Part shown: positions 39,165-48,154 of the stretch, piece after piece
Layout of the letters: every line of letters starts with the position of its first letter
Numbering within the stretch: position 1 is the first letter of the stretch
NCBI GenBank assembly: GCA_964655125.1
Contig: CAZZLT010000021.1
Span: 8,078-72,077, forward strand
Length of the DNA: 64,000 bases
Origin: an uncultured Desulfurococcaceae archaeon
GTDB taxonomy: Archaea > Thermoproteota > Thermoprotei_A > Sulfolobales > NBVN01
Reading direction: 5' to 3'
Program-made: the position numbers and the translations under genes
Notes under the pieces: model-generated
Told to the model about the DNA's origin: nothing
Database searches by the model: none
What the model saw: only the letters and a program-made list of their open reading frames with translations

Positions 39165-39466
39165 TTACATTTTAGTTACATTAGGATATCGAGATATGAC
39201 GTAATGTATAGTGAGTTCTCTAAGGTCATCCACTAACCCCTTAACCTCTAACCCTAACTCCCTCTCAATAACCTCAGCTATCTCAAGGAGGTTATGTCCT
39301 CTAAAGACCGCACCAGCATTTAATAGTAAGGCCTTTAACACCTTCTCAACAGCTTTTTGAGACCAAAAACAGCTGAATCCCAATCCTGAGTAATTAAATC
39401 ATTATATGCCTTCCTTAAATCATGTTCAGCTTGCTTAAACCATAGTAAAGCTTCTTCCCTAACCAT
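39165..39466 (-). pseudogene. HEPN-domain partner gene interrupted by a -1 frameshift in a T5 run
   Basis: ATG at 39466 gives MVREEALLWFKQAEHDLRKAYNDLITQDWDSAV. The frame breaks at 39365-39369 (A5 on plus). The track ORF 39165..39383 continues FWSQKAVEKVLKALLLNAG...RGH. Confidence 0.65.
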
Positions 39467-39711
39467 TAACCTCACTATTCCTTTTGTTAAATAATCAAAT
39501 ATTTATTACTGATCCTTACTAAGGCTCTGGAGAGTAATTCTAAAATCCATTAACCCCGTAAACTATTCTGTAAGAATGATTAGAGGATTACTAACTAGTA
39601 CTTTAGCTCCTTAACCTAATACTTTAAATCTCATTACTAACAATACTTCATTTAATGATACTACATCTACGTTAAGTACTTCTTCAAGTTTTGAAGCTAC
39701 CCTACTCAACC

Positions 39712-39866
39712 CTTAATTCTTATAGATCTCTTAGTTATGACTTCAACATCTACATCTCTAACGATACATCTACGTAATAATGAACTGAAAATACCATCTC
39801 TATAAATTCAAAACCCTCTAACTAAGTTGATGATCTTATTAAGGTTAAGCTCAAAATACTCTAAAT
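39712..39866 (-). pseudogene. decayed remnant of a second MNT-like gene
   Basis: The minus-strand frame reads LEYFELNLNKIINLVRGF*IYRDGIFSSLLRRCIVRDVDVEVITKRSIRIKG*. It is collinear with the NTase core of 38782..39114 but has in-frame stops. Confidence 0.3.
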
Positions 39867-39972
39867 TACTACTTGATTAATTCCTTTTTGAAGCTGCTTA
39901 AAACACCCGTATTTAAAAGGTAAACTCTTCAACGTATTAAAGTATTTAAAATGTTGTTTTTAGGTATTTGAG

Positions 39973-41058
39973 GTGGTTGATCTGTACTCTGTGTTAGGTG
40001 CTCTTAAGGACTTGTACAGGGGTAGGTATTTAAGACCTGATGTTTATGTTATATCTTTAATTCCTGGTGATGGTATAGGTCCTGAAGTAACTTCAGCTAC
40101 TTTAGAGGTTATTAAGAGGGTTGTGGATGTCTACGGTGTTAGAGTTGATGTGAGGTTTGTTGAGGCGGGGGATCAAGCGTTGAGTAGGTATGGTCAGGCA
40201 TTACCTCAATCAAGTATTGACGTTATTAAGAATTCCCATACATGTCTTAAAGCACCTGTAGGTGAGACTTCAGCTGATGTGATTGTTAGACTTAGGTTAA
40301 TGTTTGATTTATTCGCTAATATAAGACCTGCTAAATCCTACCCGAATACACAGGCTTTAAGAAGTGATATAGATTTAGTGGTTGTTAGGGAGAATACCGA
40401 AGACCTTTATAAGGGGTTGGAATTCTATATTAATGTTAATACAGCTATAGCGTTGAGGGTGATAACTTATGAAGCCTCTAAAAGAGTTGCTGAAGTAGCT
40501 TTTAAGATAGCTAGTGGGAGGAGGAAGAAGGTAACAGCTGTACATAAGTCTAACGTACTTAGACATACATGCGGGTTATTCGCTAAGGCATGTAGGGATG
40601 TTGCTAAGAATTACCCAGAAGTAACTTATGAGGAACAATACGTTGATGCATGCGCAGCTAACTTAGTTAGGAAGCCTCAGAACTTCGACGTTATAGTCAC
40701 TACTAATATGTTCGGGGATATACTATCTGATGAAGCTGCTCAAGTAGCTGGTAGTTTAGGTTTAGCACCGTCATGTAACTTAGGTTATGAGTACGCGATA
40801 TTTGAGCCTATACATGGTGCTGCATTCGATATAGCTGGTAAGGGTATAGCTAACCCTATATCCATGATATTATCAGTAGCTCTAATGTTTGAGTGGTTAG
40901 GGATTAAATACGGTGATGATTCCTGCATTAGAGCTGCTGAAGCAATTAACAACGCAGTATATAGAGTACTTAGTGAGGGTAGGGTATTAACACCTGACTT
41001 AGGTGGTTCAGCTAAGACTTACGAATTAGCTGAGGCTATAGCTTCAAAGATCCTCTAA
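39973..41058 (+). CDS. isocitrate/isopropylmalate/homoisocitrate dehydrogenase family protein
   Basis: IPGDGIGPEV and NMFGDILSDEAAQVAGSLGLAPS are signature motifs of the beta-decarboxylating dehydrogenases. Confidence 0.85.
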   Translation: MVDLYSVLGALKDLYRGRYLRPDVYVISLIPGDGIGPEVTSATLEVIKRVVDVYGVRVDVRFVEAGDQALSRYGQALPQSSIDVIKNSHTCLKAPVGETSADVIVRLRLMFDLFANIRPAKSYPNTQALRSDIDLVVVRENTEDLYKGLEFYINVNTAIALRVITYEASKRVAEVAFKIASGRRKKVTAVHKSNVLRHTCGLFAKACRDVAKNYPEVTYEEQYVDACAANLVRKPQNFDVIVTTNMFGDILSDEAAQVAGSLGLAPSCNLGYEYAIFEPIHGAAFDIAGKGIANPISMILSVALMFEWLGIKYGDDSCIRAAEAINNAVYRVLSEGRVLTPDLGGSAKTYELAEAIASKIL

Positions 41059-41145
41059 CTCATTAAATTCAAATCAACTTTACTAGTCTTAAGTAAGTAT
41101 TAAAAATGTACTTATGGTTTTATTAATGATATTACGGGGTACTAC

Positions 41146-41832
41146 ATGTACTATGACTATAGAGTAGTGGATGAGGAGGTTGTGGACTTACCTAATGGTA
41201 GGTTAGTCTTTAAGAGAGTTAGTAAGGACTTACTGAGGATTAATAAGGATGTTAACGGTTATAAAGTATCTAAGGTTTTAAGCGTTGGAGAGGAGTATAC
41301 ATTAAGTTTAAGACCTATACCACCATCAGGTATTTCAATTAATGTTGACTACATACTCATTAAATTCTTAGAACCTATAACTCTAATACCTAAGTCTTCA
41401 GCAACGTTAGAGATTAAAATACCTGTAGATTTAGGAGTTTACGTAGGTAATTCCTTAGTGGATATAATACCTTTAAGTAAGGTTAAGTACGCACTCTACG
41501 GACCTTCAGACTTAGGAGTCCTCTGTAGGTATGTAGATCAAGGTATTATCAGTGCGGTGAATCCTAAAGTCTTAGGTAGTATTAAGATAGTTATTAACTC
41601 AGTACTAGACTCAGTATTAAGTGTAGGTAGGGTGGTCATACCTATCAACGGCTTAATAACTTACTTAACATATGATGATGAGGTATTCTTCAACGTAGTT
41701 GAGGCTAGAGTTACTGATAAGAATCGTGTTGAAGTGTATACTAAGGATAAACCCTCAGTAAGTGAGGGGGTAAGACTTAGATATCAGAGTAGTGGTACGG
41801 AATTAACTTATGTGATGCTGTACGGTGCTTGA
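41146..41832 (+). CDS. conserved hypothetical protein, translationally coupled to mscS
   Basis: 228-aa ORF with coding-type composition. 4-nt overlap with the next gene. No motif recognised. Confidence 0.55.
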   Translation: MYYDYRVVDEEVVDLPNGRLVFKRVSKDLLRINKDVNGYKVSKVLSVGEEYTLSLRPIPPSGISINVDYILIKFLEPITLIPKSSATLEIKIPVDLGVYVGNSLVDIIPLSKVKYALYGPSDLGVLCRYVDQGIISAVNPKVLGSIKIVINSVLDSVLSVGRVVIPINGLITYLTYDDEVFFNVVEARVTDKNRVEVYTKDKPSVSEGVRLRYQSSGTELTYVMLYGA

Positions 41833-42632
41833 TCATGGATCTCATACCATTAATTACTGACATATCCCTACTACTTCGGATCTTAATATCAATAACCGTT
41901 ATAGTAGTATCTTACTACTTAGGTATAGTATTGAGTAATTACATCATGAAGTTGAAGTTGAAAGCACCTCCTGAGATCCTACATAATATTACGAGAACAC
42001 TTAAAATATTCCTACTAGCCTTAGGCTTCTTAATAGTATTACCTATATTAGGTATTGAGTTATCAGGTCTACTAGTAGCTGTAGGTTTTACAGGTATAGT
42101 GGTGGGTTTAGCCGCACAACAAATCTTAAGTCAATTCTTCGCAGGTATATCTCTACTACTGGAGGGTAGGGCTAGAGTTGGTGATTCTATTAGGATAGGT
42201 GATGATTGGGGTATTATTGAGTCTATAGGTCTTATGTCAACTCAAATTAGGTTATGGAGTGGTGAGATATTAACTATGCCTAATAATGATTTAGTATCTT
42301 CTAAGATCTATAATTTCTCAAGGCCAGTAGCTAGGAGGGTGGATATATCCATACCTATATCATATACTTCAAACGTTAGTAAAGCGTTAGAAGTCATTAG
42401 GAGTTTATTAGATAGTAAGGAGTTAGTACTAGCAGAACCTCAACCAGTATTAATAGTTGATTCCTTAGGTGATTCAGTTATTATTATAAAGGTGTTGTTC
42501 TGGGTCCCATCACAAGAATTCTGGACTATTAGGAGGGAGATTATTAGGGAGATTAAGGAGTCTTTAGAAGCTGTAGGTATTGAAATACCGTACCCACAGA
42601 GAGTTATTTGGTTGAGAGAGTTAAGTAAGTAG
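41829..42632 (+). CDS. mscS: small-conductance mechanosensitive channel
   Basis: Three N-terminal TM spans followed by GDSIRIGDDWGIIESIGLMSTQIRLWSGEILTMPNN, the MscS beta-domain signature. Confidence 0.85.
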   Translation: MIMDLIPLITDISLLLRILISITVIVVSYYLGIVLSNYIMKLKLKAPPEILHNITRTLKIFLLALGFLIVLPILGIELSGLLVAVGFTGIVVGLAAQQILSQFFAGISLLLEGRARVGDSIRIGDDWGIIESIGLMSTQIRLWSGEILTMPNNDLVSSKIYNFSRPVARRVDISIPISYTSNVSKALEVIRSLLDSKELVLAEPQPVLIVDSLGDSVIIIKVLFWVPSQEFWTIRREIIREIKESLEAVGIEIPYPQRVIWLRELSK

Positions 42633-43310
42633 GTTATGTGTTCTTAAGTAATATTGTAGTAGTGTATCACCATCAACTAACACAGTACCTAACTTCTCAG
42701 CAAGTCTCCTAGCACTACTTAAAGACATTGAAGTACCTTCATCAAGTACTTCAGCTATGACTGTAGCTGGTGTAAGTCCTGCTAACCTAGCTAGCAACTC
42801 ACTTAACTCTGTATGACCTCTCCTTAAGCCAACCCCTCTACTCAGGAGTATAGGTACGTGGCCAGGACTCATGAATGAACCGTAAAACATCTTCTTACCA
42901 ACATCTACAGCACCTCTAACCACATACTCAGTTACTTCATAAAGTTTCGATATAGTTAAAGCTCTATCTACATCTGAAATCCCGGTCCTAACACCTACGT
43001 AATTAACCCATAAACTAAAAGCAGGTCTATCACCGTAGCCTAACCTCCTACTCGTTAAGTCCTTAAACTCAGTACTACTTAGGATTTCATCTATGAATTT
43101 CAGACCGAGGACCCTACCAACTTCGTAAGGCATTACATAACATATTAGACCGCCAGCTACAGTCCTCAACATGTAAACCTCCTTATAAGTTATGAATGAT
43201 GCGTGGTAAACCATATCAACTTCATCTTCACGACTACTTGAGTCGTGAATGAGTACGGGTTTACCGGACTTAAAGAGTTCTATAGCGTGTAGTAGTAAAT
43301 TCACTCTCAA
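42621..43310 (-). CDS. ribB: 3,4-dihydroxy-2-butanone-4-phosphate synthase
   Basis: SREDEVDMVYHA...GGLICYVM matches the RibB acidic loop and GLIC motif. 229 aa, archaeal size. Confidence 0.8.
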   Translation of the reverse strand: MRVNLLLHAIELFKSGKPVLIHDSSSREDEVDMVYHASFITYKEVYMLRTVAGGLICYVMPYEVGRVLGLKFIDEILSSTEFKDLTSRRLGYGDRPAFSLWVNYVGVRTGISDVDRALTISKLYEVTEYVVRGAVDVGKKMFYGSFMSPGHVPILLSRGVGLRRGHTELSELLARLAGLTPATVIAEVLDEGTSMSLSSARRLAEKLGTVLVDGDTLLQYYLRTHNLLT

Positions 43311-43313
43311 CTC

Positions 43314-44672
43314 CTAACTCCTAACCCTCATAAAATATTTAAGTATTAGTGAGGAAATCACCAACACAACACCTAATACTAAGAACGTATCAGAAATTCT
43401 TAAGACCTCCCTACCTCTAAACTCGTATAGAGGTCTACTTAATGTCTGCGTAGTAGGTACGTAATCACTTGGTGGGGTTTGTGAGTCAACATGACCCCGT
43501 GTGTAGGTCTTAAACACAACCTCAACTAACTTAGGTGTTAAGTACTCGTTAAGTACTTCATACTTAACTCTATGCTCAGTAATACCTAATTTCAAATCAG
43601 TTAGATACGCTTTAGTAGGTTTTAACGATACGTAACTACTACCAGACATACTAACACCTCTGAGGAAGTCCGTAATGTTACATATGATGAAGTAATTCCT
43701 TAAAGTACTTACATTATAATCTAACAATACTAAATAACCACCTACTACTAATGCTGAAGAACTACCTAGGTTGAACACCTTAGTAGTTAATGTTGATGTA
43801 GATAGTACTAGTAAGTAGTTAGTGTTTAAGTCATTCACAACTATAAATAAATCATCACCGTATACTGACGTCAACGTACACCTTACTAAGTTATCGTTTA
43901 CTAAGACCCTATACGTAGATATGTTAAGGTCTTCTAAGTTTACTACAGCTATGTAGAGTCCTAAAACCCTCGAATTAAATATTATGTAGATATTATCATT
44001 AACTACGTACGTATCTACGACCTCATCATCACCTTCCAAACCTACATACCTACCAACTAAGTAGTTATTATCTAACCTACCCACAAATACGTTATAACTC
44101 CATAAGTAGTTAGGGTCTCTAGAGTATATAGAACCAACCACGAATATAGAGTTACCATACCTTAGTATCTTCCTACCGTAACATGCTGTACAGTTAGCTA
44201 TGTAGGAGTTAAGAGAGACTTCAGAAACGTTAAACTCAGTAAGTAGTAGTTTATAGGAGGTATTAGTTAGTACGTACCCAGTAAGCAGTACCTTATTATT
44301 AAGTCCTAATAAGTCGTAAAGTACTGAGGTAGGGTCGAACCTAATACCTACTAATGAGTTGTTATTTATGATTATTACGTAGGTATTGTTTAAAGTCCTA
44401 CTAATACCTACTAATCTATTATCTAACGTTAGACTTAACCTATGAGTACTCATATTTAATAGTGTATAGACTTCATCACTAAGTAAGTTCAGGGTAAGTA
44501 TGCCTGAATCTGTAGGTATTATGATCGTGTAATTATGGATTACTGGTTGGTATAACCTACTTACTCTTAAACTTAACTCAAGCTCTAAGCAATTAATATC
44601 AGCTTTTATAGGTATTAACAGTAGTATCAGAGTTAGTATAATCACTAAATACAGTACCTTATAATTAATCAC
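43314..44672 (-). CDS. secreted/surface-anchored repeat protein, heavily sequon-rich
   Basis: N-terminal signal/TM (VLYLVIILTLILLLIPIKA) and C-terminal TM anchor (FLVLGVVLVISSLILKYF). 10 N-x-S/T sequons counted. Recurrent YVxxxN..LVG blade-like repeats. Confidence 0.6.
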   Translation of the reverse strand: MINYKVLYLVIILTLILLLIPIKADINCLELELSLRVSRLYQPVIHNYTIIIPTDSGILTLNLLSDEVYTLLNMSTHRLSLTLDNRLVGISRTLNNTYVIIINNNSLVGIRFDPTSVLYDLLGLNNKVLLTGYVLTNTSYKLLLTEFNVSEVSLNSYIANCTACYGRKILRYGNSIFVVGSIYSRDPNYLWSYNVFVGRLDNNYLVGRYVGLEGDDEVVDTYVVNDNIYIIFNSRVLGLYIAVVNLEDLNISTYRVLVNDNLVRCTLTSVYGDDLFIVVNDLNTNYLLVLSTSTLTTKVFNLGSSSALVVGGYLVLLDYNVSTLRNYFIICNITDFLRGVSMSGSSYVSLKPTKAYLTDLKLGITEHRVKYEVLNEYLTPKLVEVVFKTYTRGHVDSQTPPSDYVPTTQTLSRPLYEFRGREVLRISDTFLVLGVVLVISSLILKYFMRVRS

Positions 44673-45403
44673 TTAACATCACTTTTAGGCTTACCATACC
44701 TACTTATTAAATCAGCGATTTTCTCATAGTTCTTACTGTAGAGTCTATACTTAATCACTACATCCTTATCATTCTTAACCAACTCTACAAACTTCCTCGT
44801 AGGGTCTACATTAACTGTGAACTCCTTAGGTATGGGGAACTTAATAGTCATACCAGTCCCTACAATCCCTCTATCATATATTGTGTAACCCCTAATTACT
44901 TGGATCATGACTTTAGAAGCCCTCCTCATAAACATGTTTAGTAACGTAACAGCTACGTAGGGTATTTCATAACCTAGTAGGAAGCCTAAGAATTTAATCA
45001 TGAGTTCACCACCTTCAAAGTAGTGTATAACTACGTTGAAGTATAGGTAGTACCAGAGGAGTAGTAAGACCATATTAGCTAAACTCAGTAGTGATGATTT
45101 AACCATAGGTTTTAACTCTTCATTAAGTTTTGAATCATGTTGTACTATACTCATAACATCTTCAGAACTAACCTCAAGTATCTTCCTACCACTCCTTATT
45201 TCCTTAGCCTCACTACCTACTACATGCTTAAGTGATGTTCTTAACGTGAAGTACATCATTATAAACATAGATAATATAAATATCACGAATGTGTAGGTAA
45301 GGTATTGTGGGTAGTAAGTATTAACTATAGCTAATGTAAAAATTATTAACTGACCATATACTTGACTAAATACCATAAACTTCTTACTATATACGTATGA
45401 CAC
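44669..45403 (-). CDS. membrane protein with C-terminal soluble domain (paralog of 63618..64000)
   Basis: Four hydrophobic spans, then IRGYTIYDRGIVGTGMTIKFPIPKEF...YRLYSKNYEKIADLISRYGKP. 4-nt overlap with the downstream gene. Confidence 0.6.
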   Translation of the reverse strand: MSYVYSKKFMVFSQVYGQLIIFTLAIVNTYYPQYLTYTFVIFILSMFIMMYFTLRTSLKHVVGSEAKEIRSGRKILEVSSEDVMSIVQHDSKLNEELKPMVKSSLLSLANMVLLLLWYYLYFNVVIHYFEGGELMIKFLGFLLGYEIPYVAVTLLNMFMRRASKVMIQVIRGYTIYDRGIVGTGMTIKFPIPKEFTVNVDPTRKFVELVKNDKDVVIKYRLYSKNYEKIADLISRYGKPKSDVK

Positions 45404-45416
45404 CTAAACACCTAGT

Positions 45417-45821
45417 CTAAATAACTGTAGTGACTTTTATAAGTATATCGTAATACCTTAACAGTATGATGAGTAGTATAATACCCGGTAATACTAAACC
45501 GAATACTAGTCCTAGAATACCCCAGATAAGTAGGGATTCCTTAAGATTATCGAATCTACCGTTATCGATAGCTGAGGAAACATCATTTAACTCTACATAA
45601 CCGTAGATTGAGATAGTACCTGATAACATCAGATATATAAGTCTAGGTATGTCTGAGAGTTCGTAATTTAATATCGTAGTAATACTTAATACTGACGTAG
45701 TTATCAACGTCGCAACACATGTAGTTAATAATGCAATACCGACTATGAGGAAAGTTACTGAAGCTATGCTTAAGAGAGTCTTCACCCTCCTCAGTAGTAG
45801 TACAGGATTATTAATGTTCAT
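45417..45821 (-). CDS. small integral membrane protein
   Basis: 134 aa with about 4 hydrophobic spans. First gene of the three-gene minus-strand cluster. Confidence 0.5.
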   Translation of the reverse strand: MNINNPVLLLRRVKTLLSIASVTFLIVGIALLTTCVATLITTSVLSITTILNYELSDIPRLIYLMLSGTISIYGYVELNDVSSAIDNGRFDNLKESLLIWGILGLVFGLVLPGIILLIILLRYYDILIKVTTVI

Positions 45822-46103
45822 CTACGGGATTGCCATTAATAATACCTTATAACGAGGTATATAAATTATAATTACCGTGGATAACGTTAACACTACTTAC
45901 TGAACATACCTAAGAACATACTAATTCCTTAATTTAAGTGAGGATGGATTTCATTAGAGGAGGTAATGCTACTGAGGTGGGTTACTCACTATAACATTGG
46001 TTTAAAACATAATTAAATGTATGACTTAACACTAAGCTAAACTCACAATGTAGGACTTACAAAACATATCATTACTCTATATACTACAGCTAACATAATC
46101 TTA

Positions 46104-46811
46104 CTAAGTTTTAAAATTCCATGAGTCTCGTGAGTACTTACTTAAGTATAACTCCTCTGCTAACTTAACCTCATCCGTAGTTAAATTATCTATGACGACC
46201 CTCCATAAGAATACCTCACTTAATGACTTGATAATGTATGTGTAAATCCCTTCGATAGTTATATTATGTCCTACCTCATCTGATAACTTAGTTACCTCCC
46301 TCTTTAACCTCCTTAAAGAACTTCTTAACTTAATTAAATCACTACTTACTAATAACGTTGAGTGACAAAGTAATGAGTACTTAGTGAGTGAACCAGCCAT
46401 ACCTGAGACCTTCCTACCATTAACTAATACCTCATTAGATGTAGTAGCTATGTTCTTAAGTTTTAAAGAGTTTAAAGTACTTACTAATAAGTCCTTCAGA
46501 ATATCATAACATAACGTTAACCTCCCTCCATAAACCCTAGGTAGTACTAACGTTATGTTTAGATTACCTCCGTCGTGATATACTGTACCACCACCTGAGT
46601 GCCTCCTAACTATAGCTATATCATTAATTAAGCAGTAATCTACGTTAACTTCACTTATAACATCTTCAAACCTACCTAACACTACTGACGGTTTATTAAC
46701 CCAAAACCTTATTACCGGTTTATCAACTTCGACGTTATTTAAAGCTTCCTCAACAGCTAAGTTCATGTAGGGGTCTGAAGGTCTTAATGATTTTATAACC
46801 CTTACATTCAT
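46104..46811 (-). CDS. lplA: lipoate-protein ligase A, catalytic domain only
   Basis: VRRHSGGGTVYHDGGNLNITL and GRKVSGMAG (lipoyl-AMP binding Lys region). Confidence 0.85.
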   Translation of the reverse strand: MNVRVIKSLRPSDPYMNLAVEEALNNVEVDKPVIRFWVNKPSVVLGRFEDVISEVNVDYCLINDIAIVRRHSGGGTVYHDGGNLNITLVLPRVYGGRLTLCYDILKDLLVSTLNSLKLKNIATTSNEVLVNGRKVSGMAGSLTKYSLLCHSTLLVSSDLIKLRSSLRRLKREVTKLSDEVGHNITIEGIYTYIIKSLSEVFLWRVVIDNLTTDEVKLAEELYLSKYSRDSWNFKT

Positions 46812-48154
46812 ATCTTAAGAACCTGAAGTAAAGCATCTCTTAAAACCTCACCTAATGTTGGGTGTGCTAATAACGTGTTAATCACTGTATCTGATGTGGA
46901 TTCTAGAGTTACAGTTATAGATGCCTCATTCACAACTTCAGAAATTCCGTAACCAACACCATGTACACCTAACACACCCCCATACTTAGAATCAACTACT
47001 ACCTTAATCATACCACTAGACATAGATGCTCTAACTAAGGCGTTAGAAGTTAGTGATTGACGTGCTATTAAGACCTCATAACCTAAACTCCTAGCTTCAT
47101 CCTCAGTTAAACCTACTGAGAATACCTCAGGGTATGTAAACGTATATCGTGGGGTTACCCTACAAGTAAACCTCATATTACCGTTAGAGACGTTCACACC
47201 AGCTACTACCCCCTGTACTATAGCTGAGTGAGCATATGTTGAGATACCAGTAACATCACCAGCAGCGTATACATTACCTACACTAGTCCTTAAGCTATCA
47301 TCAACCCATACATAACCATTACGTAACTTAACGTTAAGACCTCCTAACACGTCTAACCTTGGGTTACTTACAGATGCGTTAAACACCTCATCAACACCTA
47401 CAGTTAATACTTCATTACCCCTCATCAGACGTACTTCCTTAACCCCCTGCTTAACTACAATACCACTAACTACAGTATTGGTCATTACCTCAACACCTCT
47501 CTCAGCTAAAGCTAACATTAAGTAATTAACTACCTCCTTATCGAAATCCTTCAACACCTCAGAAGCTCCATCAACTACTATGACCTCAGAACTTAACATA
47601 CTGTAGGTACTAGCTATTGATAAACCGAAGGGGTTACAGCCAATGATTAATACCTTATTAGGTGGTTCTTTAAGGTCTATAAACTCAGTACATGGTCTAA
47701 CACCATCACCTGAACTCCACTTAAGACCTGTAGCTATTATAGCTTTCTTAAACCTTATGTAGGAATCACCTACCTTAGCAGTACTCTCATTCACTAAAAC
47801 TGCTTTATTCTTCAGAACTTCAACACCTAAGTCCTCAAGTGTCTTCCTCATAGATTCTGAAAGTACGTTAACTACATTAGTTCTTACGTAGTTGAAGACC
47901 TTCTCAGCATTCATGGATAACTTATCTACTGAAATACCTGTATCCTCCTGTGATAACTTATTAAGTAAGTCTATAGTTGATAAGTATTTTAGTAGGGTAG
48001 CTAGAGGTACACAACTCTTATTTAAGCAAGTACCCCCGATATGTTTTTCCTCAACTAATAATGTCTTAAGCCCTTTAACAGCTGTTATTAATCCAGCATA
48101 ATAACCTGCTGGACCGCCACCTACTACTAATACATCATATTCTCTACTTGACAC
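46808..48154 (-). CDS. lpdA: dihydrolipoamide dehydrogenase (E3)
   Basis: VVGGGPAGY FAD motif, redox disulfide GGTCLNKSCVP, C-terminal HPTLGE. Confidence 0.9.
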   Translation of the reverse strand: MSSREYDVLVVGGGPAGYYAGLITAVKGLKTLLVEEKHIGGTCLNKSCVPLATLLKYLSTIDLLNKLSQEDTGISVDKLSMNAEKVFNYVRTNVVNVLSESMRKTLEDLGVEVLKNKAVLVNESTAKVGDSYIRFKKAIIATGLKWSSGDGVRPCTEFIDLKEPPNKVLIIGCNPFGLSIASTYSMLSSEVIVVDGASEVLKDFDKEVVNYLMLALAERGVEVMTNTVVSGIVVKQGVKEVRLMRGNEVLTVGVDEVFNASVSNPRLDVLGGLNVKLRNGYVWVDDSLRTSVGNVYAAGDVTGISTYAHSAIVQGVVAGVNVSNGNMRFTCRVTPRYTFTYPEVFSVGLTEDEARSLGYEVLIARQSLTSNALVRASMSSGMIKVVVDSKYGGVLGVHGVGYGISEVVNEASITVTLESTSDTVINTLLAHPTLGEVLRDALLQVLKI

